From positions 1-32,000 of the forward strand of contig DATCKA010000068.1 in NCBI GenBank assembly GCA_036562495.1: DNA of 32,000 nt, given 5' to 3'. Shown here piece by piece: positions 1-9,013 of this stretch; position 1 is the first letter of the stretch, and each line of letters starts with the position of its first letter. Source of the stretch: Limnochordales bacterium (GTDB taxonomy: Bacteria; Bacillota; Limnochordia; Limnochordales; Geochordaceae). The notes beneath the pieces were generated by a model, which saw nothing but the letters and a program-made list of their open reading frames with translations, ran no database searches and was not told where the DNA came from. Both the position numbers and the translations under genes were made by a program.

Positions 1-683
1 CGCTGCACGCTCTCGACCGCCAGGTCGTTGACAGCGCTCAACGACTGCCCCAGGCCCTCCTGGGTGCTGCGCAAGGCCTCGATGTCGGCCATGAGCTGCT
101 CCACGCGCCGGTTGAGCACGGAGCGGATGGCATCGAGGTCACCGCGCACGGCGGCCAGATCCACGTCGAGCCCGAGTTGCTGTTGCAGCTCCTCGGCGAC
201 GATAGCCGCGATGGCGTTGCGCACCTCGTCGTTCATCTCGAGCGACTGCTCGACCACGACGCGCTCCGTCACCTGCGGCTGCCGCTCCACCACGACCCGC
301 TCCACCGTCGTGGGCGACTGCGCCAGCTTCTCCTCCAGCATCTGGGTCACCCGGGCCATCACGCGCTGGGTGACGTCGGCCGCGACCTGCGCGGACAGAC
401 CCTGGAACTCACCGGCCACGTCCTGGCGGATGACGTTTTCGAGCCGGGTCAGCATGCGGGAGAAGACCATGGCAGCCTCGTAGCGGGTCAGCATCCGAGA
501 GCCGCCAAACGTGCCGTCGGGATACCCCTGGACCAATCCCGCGGCCGCCAGGTTGGCGATGGCCTCATAAGCCCAGTGCCCCTCGGGGACGTCGACGAAC
601 GGGCTCTCCGCCGCCAGCGCCGGGGGCACCATGAGCGCCAGCGCCACCATTGCGATCACGACCGCCAGGCCCTTGCGCCACAT
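1..683 (-). CDS. SLH-domain, coiled-coil secreted protein, OmpM-like outer-membrane tether/porin (partial, 3' end outside window)
   Basis: Manual translation from ATG at 683: MWRKGLAVVIAMVALALMVPPALAAESPFVDVPEGHWAYEAIANLAAAGLVQGYPDGTFGGSRMLTRYEAAMVFSRMLTRLENVIRQ... Signal peptide followed directly by one SLH domain, then a long charged helical region. Purine-rich GGAGGGGG RBS-like element 12 nt upstream. Not in the ORF track because it has no stop inside the window. Confidence 0.85.
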   Translation of the reverse strand, partial: MWRKGLAVVIAMVALALMVPPALAAESPFVDVPEGHWAYEAIANLAAAGLVQGYPDGTFGGSRMLTRYEAAMVFSRMLTRLENVIRQDVAGEFQGLSAQVAADVTQRVMARVTQMLEEKLAQSPTTVERVVVERQPQVTERVVVEQSLEMNDEVRNAIAAIVAEELQQQLGLDVDLAAVRGDLDAIRSVLNRRVEQLMADIEALRSTQEGLGQSLSAVNDLAVESVQ

Positions 684-858
684 CGTAGAGCGTAACCCCC
701 TCCACAACGTCATCGACACCCACCGCCAAGACCGGACACGGCCCGTGACCGCGGCCGTCGAGGCCTGGCTCGGAGCCGGTCGCCTTCCGGGCTGTGTGGA
801 CGCATTCGCCGGGACCCACGGTTGTGGTTTGATTCTCTGGGCCGGCCACCAGGTCCTG

Positions 859-2205
859 CTACCCCGAACGGGGACTCCCAACTTTGCCAGCCTGCGATGC
901 GTCGGAGAGCGCCTCGACGTCCAGGCGGATGGAGAGCGGGCCCTCCGTGTTGTAGGTGTCGCGCTCCGCCCGGGCGACGACACGGGCGGGGCTCCCCAAC
1001 TGCCGGAGCTCCTCCACCACCCGCACGAACTCCTCCGCGCTCACCAACTTGCCCACGGTGCCGTCGGGTCCGGTCACCATGCCGCCGTACGCGATGGCCA
1101 GCTCGTTGGTGCGTCCCAAGAGCGCCAGGACCTGATCCTCGACGCGCTCCCGGGTCGGGTCGACGATGGCCTCCGCCACGACCTGCCCGGCCTGGTACGC
1201 GAGGCCCCTGGGAATCAGCTCGATCTGGACGACCACGGCCTCGCCCGCCAGGGTGTTGCCGTCAACCCTGGCCCGCACGACCCATGTGCCCTTGCCACCG
1301 GCAAGCGTGGCCAGGCTCTCGTCGAACTCGTCGGACCGAAGCCGTACGACGCTCCCCTGTGCTCCCTCCCCTCCCTGGGCCTGCTCCATGCGGGCCGACG
1401 CCACCGCCTCGACCCGCCGCAGGAATGCCAGCAGGCTCTCGCGCGCCCCCTCGGCCGTACCGTCGGACGTGATCACCTCGGACAGGATGATCTCGCCGTG
1501 CCGGTAGACGAGGCTGCCGTAGTGCAGCCGCTGGGCCGTCCCCCACAGCGCGATGATGGCGTCGCTCAGCTCCTGCTCGGTGCGACGCAACGATGCCACC
1601 TGCTGTTCGAGGTCCTGCACCCGCGCGGCCAGGGTCTCGCCCAGCTCTTGCAGTTGCTGCACCCGCGCCACCTGGAAGGCGAGGTCCTGCCGGGTCTTCT
1701 CCAGGCGCTGCTGGGTCTGGGCCAGCTCCTGGCGGGCGGAGGCGAGGTCCTCTTGGACCTGATCGAGCAGGGTCTGCGCCTGCTTTAGCTCGGCCTCCGC
1801 CCGGGCCCGCTCCTGCATCGCCGCGTCTCGTTGGGCCTCGGCCTCGTCCCGGGCGGCGGTCGCCTCTGCCAGCGCCCGCTGCCGCCGGTCGAGCTCCTGC
1901 TGGAGCGCCTCCAGCTGTCGGCGGTTTTCGGCCAGCACCGCGTGGATCTCGTCGATGCGAAAGAGGGCCAGGCGCACCTCGTTGGAGGCGGCCATCAGCA
2001 TCCCCAGGGACACGGCGGCGATGACGACGCCCGTCAGGACCGTGATCACCACCGAGGTGTGGCGAGGCCGCAACCCGAAGAGGGTCAGCCGCCTCCGGCC
2101 CACCCGCATGCCGACCCGGTCCCCGATGAAGGCGATGAGCCCCGCCATCACCAGCAGGGCCCCGATCAACGCCACGCTGTAGATGGCCCGGCCCCCCTCG
2201 CCCAC
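859..2205 (-). CDS. DUF3084 family membrane/coiled-coil protein
   Basis: N-terminus with two TM segments around GDRVGMRVGRRRLTLFGLRPRHTSVVITVLTG, then a long coiled coil and a conserved C-terminal domain; typical DUF3084 architecture. Confidence 0.8.
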   Translation of the reverse strand: MGEGGRAIYSVALIGALLVMAGLIAFIGDRVGMRVGRRRLTLFGLRPRHTSVVITVLTGVVIAAVSLGMLMAASNEVRLALFRIDEIHAVLAENRRQLEALQQELDRRQRALAEATAARDEAEAQRDAAMQERARAEAELKQAQTLLDQVQEDLASARQELAQTQQRLEKTRQDLAFQVARVQQLQELGETLAARVQDLEQQVASLRRTEQELSDAIIALWGTAQRLHYGSLVYRHGEIILSEVITSDGTAEGARESLLAFLRRVEAVASARMEQAQGGEGAQGSVVRLRSDEFDESLATLAGGKGTWVVRARVDGNTLAGEAVVVQIELIPRGLAYQAGQVVAEAIVDPTRERVEDQVLALLGRTNELAIAYGGMVTGPDGTVGKLVSAEEFVRVVEELRQLGSPARVVARAERDTYNTEGPLSIRLDVEALSDASQAGKVGSPRSG

Positions 2206-2259
2206 GCGGCGTACCGACGCGCCCGCCTCGCCGGTCGCCTCTACACCTATTCGTTCGGA

Positions 2260-3018
2260 CTACAGCGAAAAGGTTTCACCCAGGTAGTAGCGCCGCGCCA
2301 CCGCATCACGGGCCACCTCCTGCGAAGGGCCCTCCACCAGGATCCGGCCCTGGTGGATGATGTAGGCCCGGTCCGTGATGGCCAGCGTCTCCCGCACGTT
2401 GTGATCCGTGATCAGCACGGCCATCCCCTGCCCCACCAGGGCCCGCACGATCTGTTGCAGATCGGCCACGGAGATGGGGTCGACCCCGGTGAAGGGCTCG
2501 TCCAGCAGCAAGAGCCGCGGCTCGAGCGCCATGGCCCTGGCGATCTCCGCCCGGCGCCGTTCCCCGCCCGAGAGGGTGTCGGCCCGCGCTCCACGCAGCT
2601 CCGCCAGCCCAAACCGCTCCAGCGCTTCCAGCGCCCGGCGCCGCCGCTCGGACGGGCCCCATCCCTTGAGCTCCAGGACCGCCTCGACGTTTTGCTGCAC
2701 CGTCATGCGCCGAAAGATGGACGGCTCCTGGGCCAGGTAGGCCAGCCCGAGACGGCACCGTCGGTAGACGGGCAACCCGGTGATGTCACGGCCGTCCAGC
2801 AGGATCTGCCCGCCGTCGGGCCGCACCAGCCCCACCACCAGATAGAAGGTCGTGGTCTTGCCTGCGCCGTTGGGCCCCAGCAGCCCCACGACCTCCCCCG
2901 GTCGCACCTCGAGGCTGACGCCGTCGACGACGGCCCGTCCCCCGTAGCGCTTGACCAGCTGGCGCGCCTCCAGCAGCGGACGTCCTGCTGCGGCGGGCCG
3001 GGTCGCCGGGGCGTTCAC
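2260..3018 (-). CDS. lptB: LPS export ABC transporter ATP-binding protein LptB
   Basis: LLEARQLVKRYGGRAVVDGVSLEVRPGEVVGLLGPNGAGKTTTFYLVVGLVRPDGGQILLDG...YLAQEPSIFRRMTVQQNVEAVLE...LSGGERRRAEIARAMALEPRLLLLDEPFTGVDPISV. GTG start at 3018 overlaps the epimerase stop (GTGA); the 407-aa ORF in the track is over-extended. Confidence 0.93.
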   Translation of the reverse strand: MNAPATRPAAAGRPLLEARQLVKRYGGRAVVDGVSLEVRPGEVVGLLGPNGAGKTTTFYLVVGLVRPDGGQILLDGRDITGLPVYRRCRLGLAYLAQEPSIFRRMTVQQNVEAVLELKGWGPSERRRRALEALERFGLAELRGARADTLSGGERRRAEIARAMALEPRLLLLDEPFTGVDPISVADLQQIVRALVGQGMAVLITDHNVRETLAITDRAYIIHQGRILVEGPSQEVARDAVARRYYLGETFSL

Positions 3019-3998
3019 GATGCCTCGCGGCGGCTCATGGCTCCGAGCGTCCGCCGCAGCCCCTCCTCCAACCCGACGGACGCCCGCCACCCCAGCCCGT
3101 CGGCGGCCTGGCGCACGTCGAGCCGGCTGTGGCGGATGTCGCCGGGGCGGGCCGGCTGGTGCTCCACCGGCAGGGGCCCCTGCCGGCCGGCCGCCCGCCA
3201 GATGGCCTCGGCCAGCTCCAGCACGCTGGTCTCCTGCCCCGTACCGACGTTGAGGATGCGGCCGGCCGCCGCATCGAGCGTCATGGCCCGCAGGGTGGCC
3301 TCGGCGACGTCCCCGACGTAGACGAAGTCCCGGGTCTGCAGCCCGTCGCCGTGTACGGGTAGCGCTCCCTCGCCCCGCACCACCCGATCCGCGAAGACGG
3401 CCACCACCCCTGCCTCGCCTTGGGCGTCCTGCCGGGGCCCGTAGACGTTGGCGTAGCGCAGCACGACCCAGCCCGCCCCCCACGCCTCCGCCAGCACCCG
3501 CACGTAATGCTCGCCAGCCAGCTTGGAGATGCCGTAGGGCGAGAGAGGGCGCGTCGGGTGTCCCTCGTCGATGGGCAGGTAGGCCGGTGCACCGTACACG
3601 GCTGCCGACGAGGCGAAGATCACGCGCCGCACGCCGGCCTCCCGGCTGGCCAGCAGGATGGCGATCGTGCCGACCACGTTGACGTCGGCATCCAGGACGG
3701 GATCCCCGACGCTGCGCGCCACGCTCACCTGCGCGGCGAGGTGCGCCACCGCGTGGGGCCGAAACCGCACGACGAAGTCACGTGCCTGCGGCGAGCGCAC
3801 GTCCGCGGCGACGAGCTCCGCCTCGGGCGGCACGCGGCTAGCGGACCCCGACGAGAGGTCGTCGACGACCCCGACCCGCCACCCCTCCGCCACCAGGGCC
3901 TCCACCAGGTGCGAGCCGATGAAGCCGGCGCCACCGGTCACCACGGCCCGTGGCCGGCTCCCTCGTCCCATCTCCGACGAGTCGGGCGTCACCCCCAC
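3015..3998 (-). CDS. NAD-dependent epimerase/dehydratase (UDP-glucose 4-epimerase-like extended SDR)
   Basis: VVTGGAGFIGSHLVEAL Rossmann motif, FASSAAVYG, SPYGISKLAGEHY (YxxxK), LRYANVYGPRQ. GTG start at 3998 or ATG at 3971. Confidence 0.88.
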   Translation of the reverse strand: MGVTPDSSEMGRGSRPRAVVTGGAGFIGSHLVEALVAEGWRVGVVDDLSSGSASRVPPEAELVAADVRSPQARDFVVRFRPHAVAHLAAQVSVARSVGDPVLDADVNVVGTIAILLASREAGVRRVIFASSAAVYGAPAYLPIDEGHPTRPLSPYGISKLAGEHYVRVLAEAWGAGWVVLRYANVYGPRQDAQGEAGVVAVFADRVVRGEGALPVHGDGLQTRDFVYVGDVAEATLRAMTLDAAAGRILNVGTGQETSVLELAEAIWRAAGRQGPLPVEHQPARPGDIRHSRLDVRQAADGLGWRASVGLEEGLRRTLGAMSRREAS

Positions 3999-4007
3999 CC
4001 CCCAACC

Positions 4008-5753
4008 TCAGGCCGGGACCGCCTGCAGCCGGTACAGCTTGGCGTACCGACCGCCCAGCCGCATCAGCTCCTCGTGGGTGCCGGTCTCCACGATCCGGCC
4101 TCCGTCCATGACCACGATCAGGTCGGCCCGGGCGATGGTCGAGAGGCGGTGCGCCACGATGAAGGTGGTGCGTCCCTCCATCAGGCGCGCCAGCGCCTCC
4201 TGCACCAGGGCCTCCGACTCGGCATCCAGGGCGCTGGTGGCCTCGTCCAGGATCAGCACCCGGGGATTGCGCAACATGGCCCGCGCGATGGCCAGCCTCT
4301 GTCGCTCCCCGCCCGAGAGCCCCGCGCCCAGATCGCCCAGCAGCGTGTCGTACCCCTTGGGCAAGCGCTCGATGAAGGCGGCGGCATTGGCCATCCGGGC
4401 CGCCTCCTCGATCTGTTTCCGGCTCGCCCCCGGGCAGCCGACCGCGATGTTTTCGGCGATGGTCAGGCGAAAGAGCACCGTCTCCTGCGGCACCACCGCC
4501 ACCAGCCGCCGAAGGGAGCTGAGGCGGATGGTGCGCAGGTCGCGCCCGTCCAACGTCACATAGCCCTCGGTCGGGTCGAAGAAGCGCGGCAGCAGGCTCA
4601 CCAGGGTGGTCTTGCCCGCGCCGCTGGGCCCGACGATGGCCACCACCTGCCCCGGCTCCACCTCCAGGTCGATGTCGTGCAGGGACTCGACCTCGGCATC
4701 CTCGTAGCGGAAGCTGACCCCGTGGAAGCCCACCGCTCCCCGCACCTGGTGTGGGCTCAGATCCACGGCGCCCGGGAGATCCGGCGCCTCGGGCGCCTGC
4801 CGCAGGATCTCGGCAGCCCGGTCGGCCGCGGCCACGCCCTGCTGCAACTGGGTGTAGATGCGTCCGATGCTGGCCACGGGGCCGCTCACCAGCCCCAGGT
4901 AGGAGAGGAAGGCGACCAGCTCCCCCGTGGTCAGATGACCGCTGACCACGTCGAGCACCCCGACGTAGACCACCGTCGCCATCGAGGCCAGCATCAACAA
5001 CTCTACCACGGGGAAGGCCGTCGCCATCATCTGTACGGACTTCATGGCGGCGTTGAAGTGCTGCTCGTTGGAGAGCCGGAACCGCTGACGCTGCTGCTCT
5101 TCCAGGGTGAAGGCCTTGACCACCCGGATGGCGCTGAGGCTCTCGTGGAGGATGCCCGCCACGTCGGCCACCTTCTCCTGCGCCTCGCGGGTGTAGCGGC
5201 GGATGAGCCGACCGTACGCCTCGACCGCCAGCCCCGCCAGGGGCAGCACGAGGAAGGCGACCAGCGCGAGCCGCCACCGCACGTAGAAGACCACCGCGGT
5301 GGTGCCCAACAGCAACGCGAGGTTTTGCACCAGGTCCGACAGGCCCGGTGTCAGGGCGCTCTGGATCAGGGTCAGGTCCGAGGTGATGCGCGAGACCTGC
5401 TCGCCCACGCGCCGGCGCTGCAGGTAGCCGACCGACAGGCGCTGCAGGTGATCGTGCAGGCGCGCCCGCAAGTCTGCCACCGCCCGCTGCCCGGCGTAAG
5501 CCATCAGGTAGGTGGCGCCAAACTGGGCCACCCCCTTGACCACGTAGATGAGCGCCGTCAGCAGCAGGACGGTGCGGAGCTCCTGCAGGTCCCTGGTGCC
5601 CAGCACCTGGTCGAAGAGGCCCCTTCCCACCACCAGGGGGAGGACCAGGGTGCCTGCCACCGTCAACAACAGGCAAAGGGTCCCGCCTATGAGGGGCACG
5701 CTATGGCGGCGGATCTCCCCCCACAAGAGCCTTCCGCCGGTCAGCGCCCTCAC
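4008..5753 (-). CDS. msbA: MsbA-like lipid A/lipid flippase, ABC exporter (TM domain + ATPase)
   Basis: Six-TM exporter domain and NBD: GPSGAGKTTLVSLLPRFFDPTEG, LGAGLSGGERQRLAIARAMLRNPRVLILDEATSALDAESE. GTG at 5753 overlaps the upstream TGA at 5750-5752; the 741-aa track ORF is over-extended. The msbA assignment rests on context. Confidence 0.87.
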   Translation of the reverse strand: MRALTGGRLLWGEIRRHSVPLIGGTLCLLLTVAGTLVLPLVVGRGLFDQVLGTRDLQELRTVLLLTALIYVVKGVAQFGATYLMAYAGQRAVADLRARLHDHLQRLSVGYLQRRRVGEQVSRITSDLTLIQSALTPGLSDLVQNLALLLGTTAVVFYVRWRLALVAFLVLPLAGLAVEAYGRLIRRYTREAQEKVADVAGILHESLSAIRVVKAFTLEEQQRQRFRLSNEQHFNAAMKSVQMMATAFPVVELLMLASMATVVYVGVLDVVSGHLTTGELVAFLSYLGLVSGPVASIGRIYTQLQQGVAAADRAAEILRQAPEAPDLPGAVDLSPHQVRGAVGFHGVSFRYEDAEVESLHDIDLEVEPGQVVAIVGPSGAGKTTLVSLLPRFFDPTEGYVTLDGRDLRTIRLSSLRRLVAVVPQETVLFRLTIAENIAVGCPGASRKQIEEAARMANAAAFIERLPKGYDTLLGDLGAGLSGGERQRLAIARAMLRNPRVLILDEATSALDAESEALVQEALARLMEGRTTFIVAHRLSTIARADLIVVMDGGRIVETGTHEELMRLGGRYAKLYRLQAVPA

Positions 5754-6979
5754 GAGGCCATCGCCTCCGAAAGGCCCAGCCGAGCCCAGACGCGGTCCAC
5801 GATGCGGGCGGCCGCGCCTTTCGGCCCCATGGCCTGGCGCAGCGCCACCCCCACGGCGCGCCGCCTGGCCTCGTCCTGGAGCAGCGCCACTGCCTGCACG
5901 GCGATGGCCTCGGGGCCTATCTCCCCCACCAGCTCCGGTCCGATGGCACGACCCGCCCGCCGCGACGGGATGGCGAGGGGCCCCACCCGGTGAGCCACGC
6001 GCCGCACGAAGGCCGCTTTGAGCCGCGGCCCCACCCCGGGCAGGTCGCCCAGGCGACCGATCAGCCCCTCCAGCGGGATCAGATCGGGGCGATGCAATGG
6101 CAATACCGTGATCGTAGGTACCCCCAATGCTCCCAGCTCGGCCGTCACCGTGCCGGGCACTGTGATGGCGACGTCGCACCGTGCCATGGCGGCTCCCCGG
6201 GCAGCGCCGTCCCATCCGTCCTCCCGGACCCACTCGACGGCGCGCGCCTCCTCGTCGGGCACGGCGCCGAGCGCCTGCTCGAGAGCCGTCTGCGAGGCGA
6301 AGGGCGAGACCACCGCCACGACGCGGATGGGTCGGCCCAGGCGCCTCCGAATGATGGCCGCCGCTTCGATAAACATGGGCAGGACCCAGCGTATCTCAAA
6401 GTCCCGGCTGCCCGCAAACAGGCCCACCGTGACAGACCCATCCGCGACGGGCTCCGGGGCCCGGGACGATCTGGCAGCCACCGCGTCCACCACGAGGTCG
6501 CCGACCACCTCGACGCGCTGCGCCGGCGCGCCCATCTGCATCGCCTTGCGCGCGGCGGCCTCGTTGGGCACGAAGAAGCGCTCGTAAGCCCACAGCCACC
6601 GTGCCCGTCCCTCCGTGTAGGCCATGGCGGCGTAGCCCAACCGTCGCGCCACCCATGCCGCGTAAAAGAGATCTCCGCCCAGGAAGAGCACCAGGCCGCG
6701 CCGGGCCGGTCTGTAGCCTGCCGGCCACCGGCCCCGCAGGAGGACGGCCCACATGTCGTCGGGCCCGTAGAGGCCGTCCCAGGGGCCCAGCGCCTCCAGG
6801 GCCGGGAGCTCTCGACCCGAGGCGAAGTTGCAGGGAGGCGCCCAGGCGATCAGCCTCAGCCCTGGGATCGGTCGCTCTTGGAGGCGCCGACGAATCTCCG
6901 TCACCACCGGGAAGAGCCAGCCCGCGATCTCGCCCGGCCCGTTGGCCGTCAGGATGAGGTCGACGGGCTCGGCGCTCAT
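5750..6979 (-). CDS. LpxB-related (lipid-A-disaccharide synthase-like) glycosyltransferase paralogue
   Basis: MSAEPVDLILTANGPGEIAGWLFPVVTEIRRRL...LFLGGDLFYAAWVARRLGYAAMAYTEGRARW...VVGDLVVDAV...CDVAITVPGTVTAELGALGVPTITVLPL. ATG at 6979 overlaps the lpxB stop (ATGA). Confidence 0.75.
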   Translation of the reverse strand: MSAEPVDLILTANGPGEIAGWLFPVVTEIRRRLQERPIPGLRLIAWAPPCNFASGRELPALEALGPWDGLYGPDDMWAVLLRGRWPAGYRPARRGLVLFLGGDLFYAAWVARRLGYAAMAYTEGRARWLWAYERFFVPNEAAARKAMQMGAPAQRVEVVGDLVVDAVAARSSRAPEPVADGSVTVGLFAGSRDFEIRWVLPMFIEAAAIIRRRLGRPIRVVAVVSPFASQTALEQALGAVPDEEARAVEWVREDGWDGAARGAAMARCDVAITVPGTVTAELGALGVPTITVLPLHRPDLIPLEGLIGRLGDLPGVGPRLKAAFVRRVAHRVGPLAIPSRRAGRAIGPELVGEIGPEAIAVQAVALLQDEARRRAVGVALRQAMGPKGAAARIVDRVWARLGLSEAMAS

Positions 6980-8154
6980 CCTGCAGCCACCTCCAGCACC
7001 AGGCGGGCCGCGCGGGCGGTCGCTCCGGGACTGCCGAGGCGGGCCCGGACCGCCTCGAGGTCCTGACGCTCCCGCTCCAGCCGCTCCGGTGACTGGAGCC
7101 TCTCCAGCACCGCCTGTGCGACGCGCTCGGGCCGGGCGTCGTGCTGGACCAGCTCTTCCACCAGGCGACGCTGAGCTATGATGTTGGGCAACGCGATGTG
7201 AGGTACCCTGACGAGGCGCCGCGCCAGCAGGTAGCTGGGCTCCGACACCCGATAGACCACGACCATGGGCACCTGCCACAACGCGGTCTGCAGCGTGGCC
7301 GTACCCGAACAGACCACCGCGAGGTCCGCGGCCGACAGCGCCTGCCAGATGCCCCCGCCCACCAGCCGGATGCCCGCCTCCCGGTGAGCGCTGCCTCCCC
7401 TGGCCTCCAGCAGGCGGGGGTCGATGCCGGGCGCGACCGAGGCCACGAAGCGCACGCCCGGTCGAGCCGCCCGCACCATCCGGGCCGCCTCGGCCATCAT
7501 GGGGTAGAGCTGCTGGATCTCCTGCATCCGGCTGCCCGGCAGCAGGGCCACCAGGCGCTCGCCCTCGCCGAGTCCCATTCGCCGGCGAGCCTCGTCCCTG
7601 GGAGGCCGGTCCGGCACGTCGTCCAGGATCGGGTGCCCCAGCCATGTGGCCCGGGCTCCGGCCTCACGGTACAGCGGCACTTCGAAGTCGAAGGCGCAGA
7701 TCACCTGCCGGGCGAACCCGGCCACCACCCGGGCACGCCCGGCCCCCCAGGCCCAGACCGCGGGGGCGATGTAGTAGACGACAGGGATCCCGAGTTCGGC
7801 CAGGGCCGGCCCGAGCCTCAGGTTGAAGCCGGGGAAGTCGATGAGCACCGCCACCGCTGGCCGAAAACGCCGGGCCGCCTCGACCAGCCGCCCCATCACG
7901 CGCCGCAACACCGGCAGCTGACGCAGCGACTCGGTGAAGCCCACGGCGCCCCGTCCCGTGGTGTCGTAGAGCAGGTGGACGCCACTCGCGCGCATGGCGC
8001 GGCCGCCCATGCCGAAGAGCCGCACCTCCGGCGCCTGGGCCTTGAGTTGCCTGGCCAGGGTGGCACCGTAGCCGTCGCCGGAGGCCTCGCCGGCCACCAT
8101 CATCACTCGCAGACGCTGTCGAGTCGGGGCCAGGCCCCCCTCAGAAGGCGACAA
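6976..8154 (-). CDS. lpxB: Lipid-A-disaccharide synthase
   Basis: RVMMVAGEASGDGYGATLARQLK, GHPILDDV, LLPGSRMQEI, CSGTATLQTALWQVPMVVVYR. Likely TTG start. Confidence 0.95.
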   Translation of the reverse strand: MSPSEGGLAPTRQRLRVMMVAGEASGDGYGATLARQLKAQAPEVRLFGMGGRAMRASGVHLLYDTTGRGAVGFTESLRQLPVLRRVMGRLVEAARRFRPAVAVLIDFPGFNLRLGPALAELGIPVVYYIAPAVWAWGAGRARVVAGFARQVICAFDFEVPLYREAGARATWLGHPILDDVPDRPPRDEARRRMGLGEGERLVALLPGSRMQEIQQLYPMMAEAARMVRAARPGVRFVASVAPGIDPRLLEARGGSAHREAGIRLVGGGIWQALSAADLAVVCSGTATLQTALWQVPMVVVYRVSEPSYLLARRLVRVPHIALPNIIAQRRLVEELVQHDARPERVAQAVLERLQSPERLERERQDLEAVRARLGSPGATARAARLVLEVAAG

Positions 8155-9013
8155 TGGCGATCCCGGCCCTGTCCGCCGCCCGCACCACGCGCTCCCGGTG
8201 AAGGAGCAGGCACCGGTGGGCCTCGACGGCGAGGCACGAGGCCCGCGCGGCCCGCATGGCGCGCAGCGTGTCCGGCCCGATCACCGGGGTGTCGAAGCGC
8301 AGATCCTGGTCAGGGCGGCTCACCTTGACCACCACCGAGCCCGGCCCCGCCAGCCGACCCGCCCGGCGGATGGTCGCGTCGGTCCCCTCCGCTGACGCCT
8401 CCACCGCCAGCACCGTGCCATGCCGCACCACCACGGTCTGTCCGATGTCGAGCGCCGCCACCTCCCGGGCAAGCCGGCGCCCTACCTCGATGTCGGCCGT
8501 CTCACGGGCGTCGGGCGCGCGTCGAGTCAAGACGCCGGGTTGGGCCAGGAGATGACCCAACAGCTCGTGCTGGCTGCCCAGGCGGATCCCCCGCCGCTCC
8601 AGAGCCTCGGCGAAGAGCCGCGAGAGGTCCTGATCCTCGAGGAAGCGGCCCTGCTCGTACAGAGCCCGACCTTCTCCCGCAGCCGCCTGCTCGAAGAGAG
8701 CCGACGCCGCCACGCGATTGACCTTGCCGGCGGCGTACACCGCCCGGACCCCGTGTCGGCAAAACGTCTCCACCACTCGCTCCCAGTCGGCAGGGCTGAG
8801 CCGATACGCATGCACCCGACCCTCGAGGCTGGGCCCGATGCTTGTCTCCCCGTGGCGACGGGGCTGGCCCATGTCGAGCTCCACCACCACGACTCCCAGC
8901 CCTCGTGCCAGGGCCGCTTGCACCATGGCTCCAGGAAGCTCGCCGTCCCCCGCCACCACGCCGACCCAGCCGGCAGGGTCCGACCGGTGCGCGGACTCGT
9001 CCAGGACGCTCAC
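8141..9013 (-). CDS. lpxI: UDP-2,3-diacylglucosamine pyrophosphatase, LpxI type (DUF1009)
   Basis: VGVVAGDGELPGAMVQAALARG...AGKVNR...VLTRRAPDARETADIEVGRRLAREVAALDIGQTVVVRHGTVLAVEASAEGTDATIRRAG...VVVKVSRPDQDLRFDTPVIGPDT. GTG start at 9013 overlaps the lpxA stop (GTGA). Confidence 0.93.
   Translation of the reverse strand: MSVLDESAHRSDPAGWVGVVAGDGELPGAMVQAALARGLGVVVVELDMGQPRRHGETSIGPSLEGRVHAYRLSPADWERVVETFCRHGVRAVYAAGKVNRVAASALFEQAAAGEGRALYEQGRFLEDQDLSRLFAEALERRGIRLGSQHELLGHLLAQPGVLTRRAPDARETADIEVGRRLAREVAALDIGQTVVVRHGTVLAVEASAEGTDATIRRAGRLAGPGSVVVKVSRPDQDLRFDTPVIGPDTLRAMRAARASCLAVEAHRCLLLHRERVVRAADRAGIAIVAF

Noticed and set aside
3838-5676. 612-aa - strand ORF overlapping msbA in another frame
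   Set aside because: Pro/Arg/Gly/Ala-rich out-of-frame translation; the msbA frame has Walker A/B and signature motifs.
3420-5993. 857-aa + strand ORF antisense to the epimerase and msbA
   Set aside because: Low-complexity His/Gln/Arg/Gly-rich translation typical of antisense frames in very GC-rich DNA; the opposite strand encodes clear conserved proteins.
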